From NCBI GenBank assembly GCA_964520655.1, contig CAZFNI010000002.1, forward strand, positions 64,770 to 128,769: DNA of 64,000 nucleotides, read 5' to 3'. Numbering within the stretch: the stretch's first letter is position 1; the number at the start of each line of letters is the position of its first letter. The stretch is from an uncultured Planctomycetales bacterium (GTDB taxonomy: Bacteria > Omnitrophota > Gorgyraeia > Zapsychrales > Fredricksoniimonadaceae). The notes under the pieces are model-generated. The model was not told the DNA's origin. It did not search any database and saw only the letters and a program-made list of their open reading frames with translations. Of this stretch, positions 52,921-62,252 are shown in pieces. Position numbers and translations under genes: made by a program.

Positions 52921-53433
52921 TTAACCGCTGGTGACTCGTTTAATTTCTTTCAACTCTTTAACTCGGATTGATGCGAGTCCCCGAATGGGAAAATGCATCA
53001 AATAAACCTTAATATTTTCGATTCTCTTCTGCCATCCAAAATCACATTTCCGGCTGTCATGAAATGTGTTGTAAGTAATCTTTCCAATAAAACAAATAAC
53101 TTGGGGCATGCAGGTTCGAATAACTCTTAATGCACGCCTTATGCCCGCCTGTTCCTCCCCTTTTTTTAGTTCAGTTACGTCTATCGTAGGCCGGTTCACC
53201 AGGTTCACAAAGTTCAACGCATATTTTGACAGAAATTTCTTATCGTAAATACGTTTGAGAGATTTATCGCATTTGAGATCACTTTCAACTTCATCAATGA
53301 GCTTAGCTTTATTCAACAAATACCAAAACATCTTGTTGTTGGAAAAAGGTACCCCACGCCGGTATGAACCAGGATGAGGATTTATGCCCACAAAGAGTAT
53401 TCTCGCATTTTTTGATATTTTGTACGTGATCAT
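52921..53433 (-). CDS. mug: G/U-mismatch uracil/thymine DNA glycosylase (Mug/TDG family 2)
   Basis: ILFVGINPHPGS...VPFSNNKMFW and VNLVNRPT motifs align with E. coli Mug. Confidence 0.75.
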   Translation of the reverse strand: MITYKISKNARILFVGINPHPGSYRRGVPFSNNKMFWYLLNKAKLIDEVESDLKCDKSLKRIYDKKFLSKYALNFVNLVNRPTIDVTELKKGEEQAGIRRALRVIRTCMPQVICFIGKITYNTFHDSRKCDFGWQKRIENIKVYLMHFPIRGLASIRVKELKEIKRVTSG

Positions 53434-53657
53434 AACGCTTTCCGTGAGCTGATTTTTTTGAGTGCTGATCCTTTGTGCATGGCCAAGTGATCAGTCTTGT
53501 CGCTTTTAATCATATATTGCGGCTCCTCCTTCGTGGCGTGGACCGTATAAGTCTTAAATGTCATAGGAGATGTGATCTTTTTCTTGATTGTTCCTCTAAC
53601 GAGACCGGCTTCTGAGTTCCATTTTACATGATCTCCTACTTTGAATTCGCGAGTCAT
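53430..53657 (-). CDS. DUF2945 (Tudor-like HVO) small protein
   Basis: KVGDHVKWNSEAG...EPQYMIKSDKTDHLAMHK pattern. Confidence 0.55.
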   Translation of the reverse strand: MTREFKVGDHVKWNSEAGLVRGTIKKKITSPMTFKTYTVHATKEEPQYMIKSDKTDHLAMHKGSALKKISSRKAL

Positions 53658-53687
53658 TGATATGCCTCCTACATTTTAAGTGAGCTG

Positions 53688-54989
53688 TCATTCCTTTTTC
53701 ATAAGCTGAATAATCAACCGTGCGGCGCGGTCGTGAGTGATATAATTCCATAGCCAATTAATGAAGGCCACCACACGATTACGAAAACCCACCAGAGACA
53801 TTAAATGAAAAAATACCCAGATCAACCATGCCACTGTACCGTGTAATTTTAAAAACTTTAAGTCCACAACCGCTCGGTTACGTCCAATCGTGGCCATGAC
53901 GCCATAATCTTTATAAACAAATGGTCTCATTTCTTGTTTTATCAATATCCTTTTCAGATTCTTCGCTAAAGTTTGAGCCTGCTGAATCGCCACAGGCGCT
54001 AACATCGGATGGCCATTAGGATATTTTTTAGAAATCATGATTGCCGTATCTCCAATGGCAAAAATATTCTTATAACCTTCCACCCTATTAAACTGATCAA
54101 CTTTAACCCTGCCGGAAGAAGTAAAATATTTAGAGTTCAACCCCTGGATTTCATTACCCTTGACACCAGCGGTCCAGATCACAATTTTTGTATTTATCTT
54201 CTTGCCGTTTGAGAGCACTAGTACTTTTCCATCGTAAGATTCAACCTTTGTGTTCAAACAAATATTGATATTAAATTCTTTCAAACATTTCTCTGCGAAA
54301 TGGGACGATTGTTCGGACAATGATTTAAACAAACGGTCCTGCATATCGATAATATGAATCTGCATCCGGTGGATATCCAATTCAGGATAATCCTTAGGAA
54401 AAATATGGCTCTTTAGCTCACCGAAGGCTCCAGCCAACTCAACACCTGTAGGTCCTCCCCCGACAATAACAATATTCATCAAACTTTCTCTTATTTCTTC
54501 ACTATCCGTCAGCAGAGCTTGTTCAAAATTTTGCAGAATCAAATATTTTAAGTTAACGGCCTCAGAAACGCCTTTCATATCTATGGCGTTACGTTTAATA
54601 TCCTCAAGCCCAAAAAAATTCGTTTTAGCACCAGAAGCAATCACCACATAATCGTATGAAACAATACCAATAGATGTTTCAATGGAATTTTGATTAGAAT
54701 CAATCCTAAGGACTTCAGCCATCCGAAAAAAGAAATTATTCTGGTGGTGAAAAATCTCACGAAACGGGCTGGCAATTGATTCCGCTTCCATGGCAGCGGT
54801 CGCTACCTGATACAAGAGCGGTTGGAATGTATGATAATTATTTTTGTCAATCAAGATAATTTGAACATCCACATTTTTTAAACTTTTTGCCAGTTTGAGA
54901 CCCGCGAATCCACCACCAATAATAACGACTCTCGGTTTATCGGTGACAGGGAGATCGACTGATATATTTCTTTCTAATTGCTTTTTCAT
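53688..54989 (-). CDS. ndh: type II NADH dehydrogenase (NDH-2)
   Basis: two GxGxxG Rossmann motifs (IIGGGFAG; VGGGPTGVE). Confidence 0.85.
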   Translation of the reverse strand: MKKQLERNISVDLPVTDKPRVVIIGGGFAGLKLAKSLKNVDVQIILIDKNNYHTFQPLLYQVATAAMEAESIASPFREIFHHQNNFFFRMAEVLRIDSNQNSIETSIGIVSYDYVVIASGAKTNFFGLEDIKRNAIDMKGVSEAVNLKYLILQNFEQALLTDSEEIRESLMNIVIVGGGPTGVELAGAFGELKSHIFPKDYPELDIHRMQIHIIDMQDRLFKSLSEQSSHFAEKCLKEFNINICLNTKVESYDGKVLVLSNGKKINTKIVIWTAGVKGNEIQGLNSKYFTSSGRVKVDQFNRVEGYKNIFAIGDTAIMISKKYPNGHPMLAPVAIQQAQTLAKNLKRILIKQEMRPFVYKDYGVMATIGRNRAVVDLKFLKLHGTVAWLIWVFFHLMSLVGFRNRVVAFINWLWNYITHDRAARLIIQLMKKE

Positions 54990-55127
54990 AAGTTTCTTTG
55001 ACTTAACTAATTTCAAGTGCTTGTTAGAGTACCGCCGGTTCTTGACCCCCTTGTTTAAAATAAGAGCCAATAATTAGTATCCTGCCAACTTTATGATAAA
55101 AGTTATCAATTCTTTAATGTAGATTAC

Positions 55128-55790
55128 CTATATCTTTTCTTTCCAGGATTCTATTTCTTCAGGCGAAATTTGATTAACTTTCTGAAGGCCCGGATTAATC
55201 ATTTTCGGGCTTGGGAGAAACGCTTGCAGATGGTAGGGTTGTGCTCCCTTAACTAATGCGGAGACCTCGCATACATCTTCGAAACTGCAAAAAGGTTGAA
55301 CGACCGTTGTTCTAAACTGATGCTGAATGCCTGAATTCTTTATCAATTCAACGCTTTCTTTAATTTTTGCAATAGGGAAATCCACTCCTATGGCCTTTTG
55401 ATACTTTCCAAAAGAAGTTTTGACATCCATAGCAATGTAGTCTACCACCCGCCGTTGAATAATCTCACGAATAATATGAGGCCTGCTGCCGTTGGTATCC
55501 AGCTTGATCAAGTAACCCAACTTTTTGACAAGATCAATGAACGCAATCAGGTCATCCTGCTGAGTAGGTTCTCCGCCGGTAATCACTACGCCATCCAGCT
55601 GATAGCGGCGCTTTCTCAAGAAGCCCATCACCTCTTCCTGAGGGATGGGCTTCTTGAATTCTTCGGGCAGAACAAGTTCCCGATTATGGCAATACGGACA
55701 GCGAAAGTTGCAGCCCTGGGTGAAAATGATCGCCGCCATCTTGCTCGGGTAATCGATCAATGAGAACTTTTGCAGGCCTCCGATGCGCAT
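55128..55790 (-). CDS. nrdG: anaerobic ribonucleotide reductase activating protein (radical SAM)
   Basis: CNFRCPYCHN motif. Confidence 0.9.
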   Translation of the reverse strand: MRIGGLQKFSLIDYPSKMAAIIFTQGCNFRCPYCHNRELVLPEEFKKPIPQEEVMGFLRKRRYQLDGVVITGGEPTQQDDLIAFIDLVKKLGYLIKLDTNGSRPHIIREIIQRRVVDYIAMDVKTSFGKYQKAIGVDFPIAKIKESVELIKNSGIQHQFRTTVVQPFCSFEDVCEVSALVKGAQPYHLQAFLPSPKMINPGLQKVNQISPEEIESWKEKI

Positions 55791-57889
55791 AATTTATAGG
55801 TCTTTCTTTCCTTAAACTCTTCTTTTTTGCCCTTATTCCATTGCGCCACAGGCCTTAAATAGCCCACAATCCTTGAATAGACCTCGCAAGCCTCCTTGCA
55901 CTTTGGACACTGTGGGTGCTCTCCGGCAACATACCCGCAACCCGGGCAAATGCTGAATGTCGGCGTAATGGTAAAATAGGGAAGCTTAAATCTTTCACAG
56001 ATCATGCGTATTAACTGTTTTAGGCCTGCTGTATCGTTAATTTTCTCACCGATAAAACCATGAAGTACTGTTCCCCCAGTGTAACGTGTTTGTAACTCAT
56101 CCTGGAGTTCCAGCACTTCCAATATATCATCGGAGTAGTTGACTGGCAGATGTGTGGAATTCGTGTAAAACGGCTCACGTCCCTCTTTCACCTCATCCTC
56201 ATTGGCGCAGATAATATCACCGAACGTTTTCTTGTCCATTTTCGCTAACCGGTAAGTGACTCCCTCTGCTGGGGTTGCCTCCAAGTTATAATTATTACCA
56301 GTCTCTTTCTGGAACTCTACTAAACGTTCCCTCATGTAATCTAAAACCTTAACAGCAAACTGGTGCCCTTGAGGATCTGTAATCGATTCCCCTATCAAAT
56401 TGATGCAGGCTTCATTCATCCCAATCAGTCCGATGGTTGAAAAATGGTTCTTCCAGTACTGATCAAAACGTTGTTTGACCTTACGCAGATAAAATTTGAT
56501 ATAGGGATAGAGGTCTTGTTCTGTAAATTGTTCCAAGACCTTACGTTTGATTTCCAGGCTGTCTTTCGCCAAAAGCATCAGATGATCCAAAGAACGAAAA
56601 AACTCTTCTTCATTCTTTGATAAATATCCCAATCGCGGCATATTAATCGTCACAACTCCAATTGAACCAGTCAATGGAGAAGCACCGAATAAACCCCCTC
56701 CTCTTTTTCTTAGTTCTCGATTATCCAATCGTAGGCGACAGCACATGCTTCTAGCATCTTCGGGGTTCATATCAGAATTAATAAAATTAGAGAAGTAGGG
56801 AATCCCGTATTTCGCCGTCATCTGCCAAAGCATACTTAAGTTCGGATTGTCCCAATTAAAATCTTTTGTTATGTTATACGTTGGAATCGGAAAAGTGAAC
56901 ACCCTGCCTTTAAAATCCCCCTCCAACATAACTTCAAAAAAAGCTTTATTTATCATGTCCTGTTCTTTTTGGAATTCTTTATATGTTGCTTCCTGGATCT
57001 TTCCGCCAATAATAACTCCATGATCGGAGTAATAAGACGGCGGGGTTAAATCCATCGTGATATTCGTAAAAGGCGTCTGAAAACCAACACGGGTCGGGAC
57101 ATTGATGTTAAACACAAACTCTTGTAAAGCTTGCTTAACTTCTTTATAAGAAAGATTGTCATAACGGATAAAAGGGGCTAAAAGCGTATCGAAATTGGAA
57201 AACGCCTGCGCTCCGGAAGCCTCCCCCTGCAATGTATAAAAAAAGTTCACAATTTGACCCAAGGCACTGCGCAGATGTTTGGCCGGGCCTGCTTCCATTT
57301 TCCCACTGGCGCCTTTAAACCCTTCTACGAGTAAATCCTGCAAATCCCATCCAACACAATACACACTAAGCAACCCTAAATCATGGATATGTAATTGTCC
57401 TTCGATATGAGCTTCTTTGATAGCGGTCGGATAGATTTGGCTGAGCCAGTATGTTTTGCTGATTTCGGAGGAGATATAATGATTAAGCCCTTGCAATGAA
57501 TACGCCATATTGCTATTTTCGTTCACCCGCCAATCTTCCTTATTAAGATACTGATTAACTAAATTGGTGTTAAATTTTGAGGTGATTTCCCTGATTTGTT
57601 TATGCTGCTCCCGGTAGATGATATAGGCCCTTGCTGTCTTTAAATAGGGAGAATTTAACAAAACCTGTTCAACAACATCCTGGATTTCTTCAACCAAAGG
57701 AAGACGTTCAACAATCATCTGCTGGGCGATATTTAAGACCCTGACCGTCAGTTTCTTTGCCATTTCTTGGTCAAATTCTCCGGTGGCTTCACCGGCTTTC
57801 CCAATGGCCACAGTTATCTTGCCGGGGTTAAAATCCTCTTCCTTACCATTTCTTTTGACAATCTTGGTTAAGGTCTTTGTCAATTCCAT
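55757..57889 (-). CDS. nrdD: anaerobic ribonucleoside-triphosphate reductase (class III)
   Basis: N-terminal ATP-cone, C-terminal Zn ribbon CPGCG...CPKC and glycyl-radical region; 710 aa. Confidence 0.9.
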   Translation of the reverse strand: MELTKTLTKIVKRNGKEEDFNPGKITVAIGKAGEATGEFDQEMAKKLTVRVLNIAQQMIVERLPLVEEIQDVVEQVLLNSPYLKTARAYIIYREQHKQIREITSKFNTNLVNQYLNKEDWRVNENSNMAYSLQGLNHYISSEISKTYWLSQIYPTAIKEAHIEGQLHIHDLGLLSVYCVGWDLQDLLVEGFKGASGKMEAGPAKHLRSALGQIVNFFYTLQGEASGAQAFSNFDTLLAPFIRYDNLSYKEVKQALQEFVFNINVPTRVGFQTPFTNITMDLTPPSYYSDHGVIIGGKIQEATYKEFQKEQDMINKAFFEVMLEGDFKGRVFTFPIPTYNITKDFNWDNPNLSMLWQMTAKYGIPYFSNFINSDMNPEDARSMCCRLRLDNRELRKRGGGLFGASPLTGSIGVVTINMPRLGYLSKNEEEFFRSLDHLMLLAKDSLEIKRKVLEQFTEQDLYPYIKFYLRKVKQRFDQYWKNHFSTIGLIGMNEACINLIGESITDPQGHQFAVKVLDYMRERLVEFQKETGNNYNLEATPAEGVTYRLAKMDKKTFGDIICANEDEVKEGREPFYTNSTHLPVNYSDDILEVLELQDELQTRYTGGTVLHGFIGEKINDTAGLKQLIRMICERFKLPYFTITPTFSICPGCGYVAGEHPQCPKCKEACEVYSRIVGYLRPVAQWNKGKKEEFKERKTYKLCASEACKSSH

Positions 57890-57923
57890 CGTCCCCTCCT
57901 CTGTTGCAATGTTTATAACATGG

Positions 57924-58967
57924 TTAACTTGTATATTTGAACATCGCCTCTACTGTTTTTAATGCTTTAATACGAATAGACTCCTCAACGGTAATTATGT
58001 CTTGTCGCTCTGGTTTCCTTAATACTCTTAAAATATCCGTTAGAGTATTGGATTTCATATACTCGCACAAAGCGCAGGAACCAACGATTTTCTTGCTCGG
58101 ATACTCTGATTCAATCCGAGAAGCTAACCCGCATTCGGTGAGCATCAAAAACTCTTCTGCTGTTGATTCGCGCATATAGGTCAGCATTTGTGAGGTACTG
58201 CCGACAAAATCTGAAGACCGGCAGACGGAAAGAGAACACTCGGGATGGCTGAGAATTTTTGCCTCTGGATATTCCGTTCTAACTTTAAAGACCATTTCCG
58301 GATTGAAGTTTTCGTGGACATGACAACAGCCGTTGAAAAATTGAATATCTTTTCTAACACCTCTTTTGTTCATTTCTTCACGTAAATTTTCTCCCATATA
58401 TCGATCCGGAAGAAAATAAATCCTGTTATTGGGAATATTGGCAATTACCTCGTAAACATTGGCAGAAGTAACACACACATCACATTCTGCCTTGACGGAA
58501 GCCGAAGTGTTAACGTAACAAACAAAAGTGTAACCTTGGAATTCTTTTCGTAAGGTCCGTATCTGATCCACCGTAATCGAGTCGGCCAGACTGCAACCAC
58601 CTGATTTAGCCGGTAGAAGCACTTCTTTGCCAGGATTAAGAATTTTAGCTGTCTCTCCCATAAAACGGACAGCTGTAAAGACAATAATAGAAGCCTTGGT
58701 CTCCACAGCTTTCCGGCTTAAAAACAGCGAATCACCAGTAAAATCACTGACGCCATAAATAATTTCAGGACTGACATAAGAATGTGCCAGAATGACGGCG
58801 TTCTTCTCCTTTTTTAACCGATTGATTTCATTGATCAACACAACCAGTTCTTCGCACTTCTTCAAAGAGTACTGACAGACCGTCCCGCCTATTTTTATAT
58901 TCTTCAGCCGTTGGTACAGTTGTTCCGCAGTTATTTCAAGTGAAAGAGAAATCGTCATATTCTTCAT
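57924..58967 (-). CDS. nadA: quinolinate synthase paralog (second nadA copy)
   Basis: ~70-75% aa identity over full length to the nadA at 33947-34975. Confidence 0.8.
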   Translation of the reverse strand: MKNMTISLSLEITAEQLYQRLKNIKIGGTVCQYSLKKCEELVVLINEINRLKKEKNAVILAHSYVSPEIIYGVSDFTGDSLFLSRKAVETKASIIVFTAVRFMGETAKILNPGKEVLLPAKSGGCSLADSITVDQIRTLRKEFQGYTFVCYVNTSASVKAECDVCVTSANVYEVIANIPNNRIYFLPDRYMGENLREEMNKRGVRKDIQFFNGCCHVHENFNPEMVFKVRTEYPEAKILSHPECSLSVCRSSDFVGSTSQMLTYMRESTAEEFLMLTECGLASRIESEYPSKKIVGSCALCEYMKSNTLTDILRVLRKPERQDIITVEESIRIKALKTVEAMFKYTS

Positions 58968-58998
58968 GCAAGAATTCTTTTAGAATTATAAACAGCCA

Positions 58999-59388
58999 TC
59001 ATGAAATAAGCGCTTCTGTTTTCTCGATTCTCACTACAAGAGCGCCTCTTGCCCAAGGGAATTCGGTCTTAACCAGATCGGCCATCGCCCCTTCTGAATG
59101 AACCTCGCCTCTGCCTGAAATCCTATACCCTTGCCCTTTTTTCCCGTCTGCTCTTTGCACTTCACTTGAGGCAACCAGCAGTTGAATTCGAGGGTTCTTC
59201 TTTAAATTTTCTTCGGTCTGAAAGTATTTCCCCGCTGGAAGGGCAATGACACCGCCATCCCGGATGCCGATCTTTCGCAACCGATATCCCCAAGCGGCGA
59301 CCGTGTGAGGACCCGATTCGGATGCCGTCGTGATGGCGATCCATTCGGTCTTGTCGAGGACTTCTCTGCATTTTTCGTCAAATGTCAT
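58999..59388 (-). CDS. pyridoxamine-5'-phosphate-oxidase-like FMN-binding split-barrel protein
   Basis: 129 aa, PNPOx-like pattern (WIAITTASESGPHTVAAWG). Confidence 0.55.
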   Translation of the reverse strand: MTFDEKCREVLDKTEWIAITTASESGPHTVAAWGYRLRKIGIRDGGVIALPAGKYFQTEENLKKNPRIQLLVASSEVQRADGKKGQGYRISGRGEVHSEGAMADLVKTEFPWARGALVVRIEKTEALIS

Positions 59389-59690
59389 AATTCTGCGTCT
59401 CCGTTTTTTACATCATGTGGCAATTCTTTTACAAATCCCTTCTTCTGTAGAATGGCATAAATTTCCTTACAACTTCGCGCCAATGTGTGGACATCTCCCA
59501 AATTTGGGATGTCCCCGCGTTTCAACCGGGACTCCCAATCGGACAAATCGATATCCAGAAATTCGAGCAATTTATAAGGGCATTCATCGCATCGGCCTTC
59601 ACAGTTCCCATCAAAAGAGAGATTGAACGGTATCTTTTCCCGCGCCTCTCTGATCAAATTCTCCATCGCTGTTTTTACGTCCGGTTTCAT
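59385..59690 (-). CDS. hypothetical Cys-rich small protein (CEGRCDECP)
   Basis: ORF with Cx3CxxC motif; overlaps downstream gene by 4 nt. Confidence 0.35.
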   Translation of the reverse strand: MKPDVKTAMENLIREAREKIPFNLSFDGNCEGRCDECPYKLLEFLDIDLSDWESRLKRGDIPNLGDVHTLARSCKEIYAILQKKGFVKELPHDVKNGDAEL

Positions 59691-59891
59691 GATCTCGTTT
59701 TTTGTGGTTCTTTTTACTCTCTAATCTCAACAACAGCGGGTCTTTTTCTTGTCTCAACGGAAACTCAAATCCCTTTAAAACGCACCCCACCCCACCGGGA
59801 AAGCACACCGCTTTTCTCCGTCGGCAGAAATCGTCTTCTCTTCGATGTTTACAGTCCCACATTTCTTATTCCAAAATGCCGTGCCTTTCTT

Positions 59892-60374
59892 TTAATCTAA
59901 ATGCACGTGGCAGCAAGTCTTATACTTATGCTCCGGCAAAGCTTCCATATTGCCGAAGACATTCTGACGCTCTTCATCGGATATAGACCGGTCAATGGCC
60001 GGATAAAGGATATTTTCTTCTTTATGATTATGCTGTTTAAGAACATCCCACAACAATTGTTCCTCTTGATCGCTTTCCGGATCTTGGCACTGTACTTTTT
60101 TATGAACCTCCTCCAAGTGCGCCTTGATCTGGCGATGTTCTTGTCTCATCACCTCGGTCGGCCCGCCATTCTTCATGCCGGTTTTCTCTTCAAACAACGG
60201 GAATAGGATCTCTTCTTCCCAGACAATATGGCGCTGCAAACCAAATTTAAACTTCTTGAAATACTCTTTCGCTTGCGGATAGTCCTGCCTCTTGAGCTCC
60301 TGGAATTTCTTAAAATATCCGTCCAGTTGATCATGATCATCCGCATAGAAAGCGGCTATCTTTTTTTCATCCAT
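59892..60374 (-). CDS. hemerythrin-like (HHE cation-binding) domain protein
   Basis: H..HxxxE..H pattern (HDQLD; QEHRQIKAHLEE; HNHKEE). Confidence 0.7.
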   Translation of the reverse strand: MDEKKIAAFYADDHDQLDGYFKKFQELKRQDYPQAKEYFKKFKFGLQRHIVWEEEILFPLFEEKTGMKNGGPTEVMRQEHRQIKAHLEEVHKKVQCQDPESDQEEQLLWDVLKQHNHKEENILYPAIDRSISDEERQNVFGNMEALPEHKYKTCCHVHLD

Positions 60375-60389
60375 GTCATCCTCCTGTTT

Positions 60390-61097
60390 TTAATCTTGTT
60401 GAAACGCGTAGTTAAAAATCGCCAAGGCATGAATGCTGGCAGTATCAAACAACGGGATACCCATGTCTTCCTTAATTAATAGAGGCAATTCTGTGCACCC
60501 AAGAATAATTCCCTGTGTCCCTTCGTTAGTTAATTTTAAGATAATCTCCCTGTGCTTTAACTCGTCTTCCTCGTCAATTCTTCCATGGCTTAACTTTTCC
60601 CAAATGGTTTTGTCAATATAACTCCGGTCTGCCTTGCCGGGAACAACAGTTTCAATCCCATAACCCTTAAATGTTTTCTGAAAGAATCCATACTCCATCG
60701 TAGCTTTGGTGCCCAGAAGGCCGACCTTCTTTAGGCGCGCCCTTTTGATGGCGTCCGCCGTTGCCTCCATGATGCTGAGCACTTTTATCGGAGAATGCCG
60801 CTGAATCGAGTCGTACGCATTATGCGGGGTATTGGCGGCGATGGCCGCAAACTCGGCCCCGGCATCTTCAAGATCGCGGACGGCATTGACGATCATCGCT
60901 GACACTTTTTCCCATTGGTTCTTTTTAAAGAGACCGATGAGCTCTTCCAAATTCAAACTGCGGATCGTCATCTGCGGAAAATTCAATCCGCCGAATTTTT
61001 TATTAAACTCCCGGCAAATAATCTGGTAATATTCAACGGTGGATTCGGGGCTCAACCCGCCGACAATTCCTATGTGTTTCATAGGTTTTCCTTGCAT
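60390..61097 (-). CDS. aspartate racemase-family (Asp/Glu/hydantoin racemase)
   Basis: two catalytic Cys regions (LSIMEA..; ILGCTELPLL). Confidence 0.8.
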   Translation of the reverse strand: MQGKPMKHIGIVGGLSPESTVEYYQIICREFNKKFGGLNFPQMTIRSLNLEELIGLFKKNQWEKVSAMIVNAVRDLEDAGAEFAAIAANTPHNAYDSIQRHSPIKVLSIMEATADAIKRARLKKVGLLGTKATMEYGFFQKTFKGYGIETVVPGKADRSYIDKTIWEKLSHGRIDEEDELKHREIILKLTNEGTQGIILGCTELPLLIKEDMGIPLFDTASIHALAIFNYAFQQD

Positions 61098-61104
61098 AAT
61101 TCAT

Positions 61105-61127
61105 AACATGTATTTATAATATATGTT
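61105..61127. promoter_or_regulatory. imperfect palindrome AACATGTATTTATAATATATGTT (candidate NsrR/Rrf2 operator) in divergent promoter
   Basis: ATGTAT half-sites in inverted orientation, 42 nt upstream of Rrf2 gene start and 8 nt upstream of racemase start. Confidence 0.4.
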
Positions 61128-61168
61128 ATATGGTAACATTACCCATTATTTAACACAAGGAGAAATTC

Positions 61169-61612
61169 ATGAAATTAACAAATTTTTGCGATTATTCGCT
61201 TCGAGTATTGATTTTTCTCGGGATCAAAGGCGAACTATCTTCCATCGGCGAGATCAGTGGGGTCTATGACATTTCTAAAAATCATGTCGTCAAAGTCGTC
61301 CACAATCTGGTAAAGCTGGGTTACATCCATTCCGTTCAAGGAAAAAAAGGCGGGATAAAGCTGGCCTTGCCGCCTGAAGAAATCAATCTGGGGAGGGTCG
61401 TAGAGCAGGTGGAGCCTGATTTTAACCTTGTAGAGTGTTTCGGTGACAGGGAAGATAACTGCTGTATCTCGCCTGCCTGCCGTTTAAAAAGTTTCTTCCG
61501 GCTGGCGCAAAGGGCATTTCTTGATACGCTTAAAAGCTATAATCTCTCCGACATTATTAAAAATAAATCTTCACTGCTCTCACTGGTGGGCGCCTCCGCT
61601 CTCGAGAAATGA
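61169..61612 (+). CDS. nsrR: Rrf2-family regulator, NsrR-like (three-Cys cluster)
   Basis: wHTH N-terminus; CCISPAC Cys cluster. Confidence 0.75.
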   Translation: MKLTNFCDYSLRVLIFLGIKGELSSIGEISGVYDISKNHVVKVVHNLVKLGYIHSVQGKKGGIKLALPPEEINLGRVVEQVEPDFNLVECFGDREDNCCISPACRLKSFFRLAQRAFLDTLKSYNLSDIIKNKSSLLSLVGASALEK

Positions 61613-61699
61613 CTTTGCAATTTATCAATATGACCCGGAAAAATAAAGCTCCCTCACGTAGAAGTCCTAACAACTTTAGACGGCGCATTTCCATAGAAT

Positions 61700-61924
61700 T
61701 TAATCAACATCCCCAAAGCGGTTAATGTCGCCGCATACACCAAAAGCACTATGCCACAAACCATAAAAAACCAACCTAAAATAACAATAATAAAAGTACC
61801 GGGGAAAAAATTTAATTGCGGCCATGCCGAAAATCAGCAATGCTAATGCTGTCCGAACATACGCAAGCAATGTTCGTTCATTCGCTAAAATTGTACGTAA
61901 TTTGTCCAACTCTCTCATACGCAT
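61700..61924 (-). CDS. DUF202 (YidH-like) small membrane protein
   Basis: LANERTLLAYVRTALAL motif. Confidence 0.5.
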   Translation of the reverse strand: MRMRELDKLRTILANERTLLAYVRTALALLIFGMAAIKFFPRYFYYCYFRLVFYGLWHSAFGVCGDINRFGDVD

Positions 61925-61927
61925 TCC

Positions 61928-62248
61928 TTAAAAAGTCACTGTCCGATCGCTTTCTTTAACGATTTCATACATATCCTTCATTGTCGAAATCGGGCACATT
62001 TCCGATCCTTCCTGCTCTCTGGACTTAATACATGTCCCGCAAGCGTATACCTTCCCGCCTGCCTTGAAGAATTTCTCGGCCTGATCAGTGGTATTGAATT
62101 TTTCTGTGCCGACCTTTTGATATTCAACCCCCTTGCCCATAAGGAAAACTTTGGCCTCATCTTTTTGTCCAAGACAAAAATTGGCGTACCGAAGCGCATT
62201 CCAGCAGGTTTCGGCATCGTTACTTGAAATAATCACACCTATTTTCAT
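61928..62248 (-). CDS. DsrE/DsrF-like sulfur-relay family protein
   Basis: 106 aa, DsrE-like fold pattern with conserved Cys (YACGTC). Confidence 0.65.
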   Translation of the reverse strand: MKIGVIISSNDAETCWNALRYANFCLGQKDEAKVFLMGKGVEYQKVGTEKFNTTDQAEKFFKAGGKVYACGTCIKSREQEGSEMCPISTMKDMYEIVKESDRTVTF

Positions 62249-62252
62249 TTTT

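Noticed and set aside
59691-59891. 200-bp intergenic region downstream of hemerythrin gene as riboswitch/ncRNA
   Set aside because: No recognisable conserved riboswitch motifs or stable stem architecture noticed; two overlapping small ORFs there look spurious.
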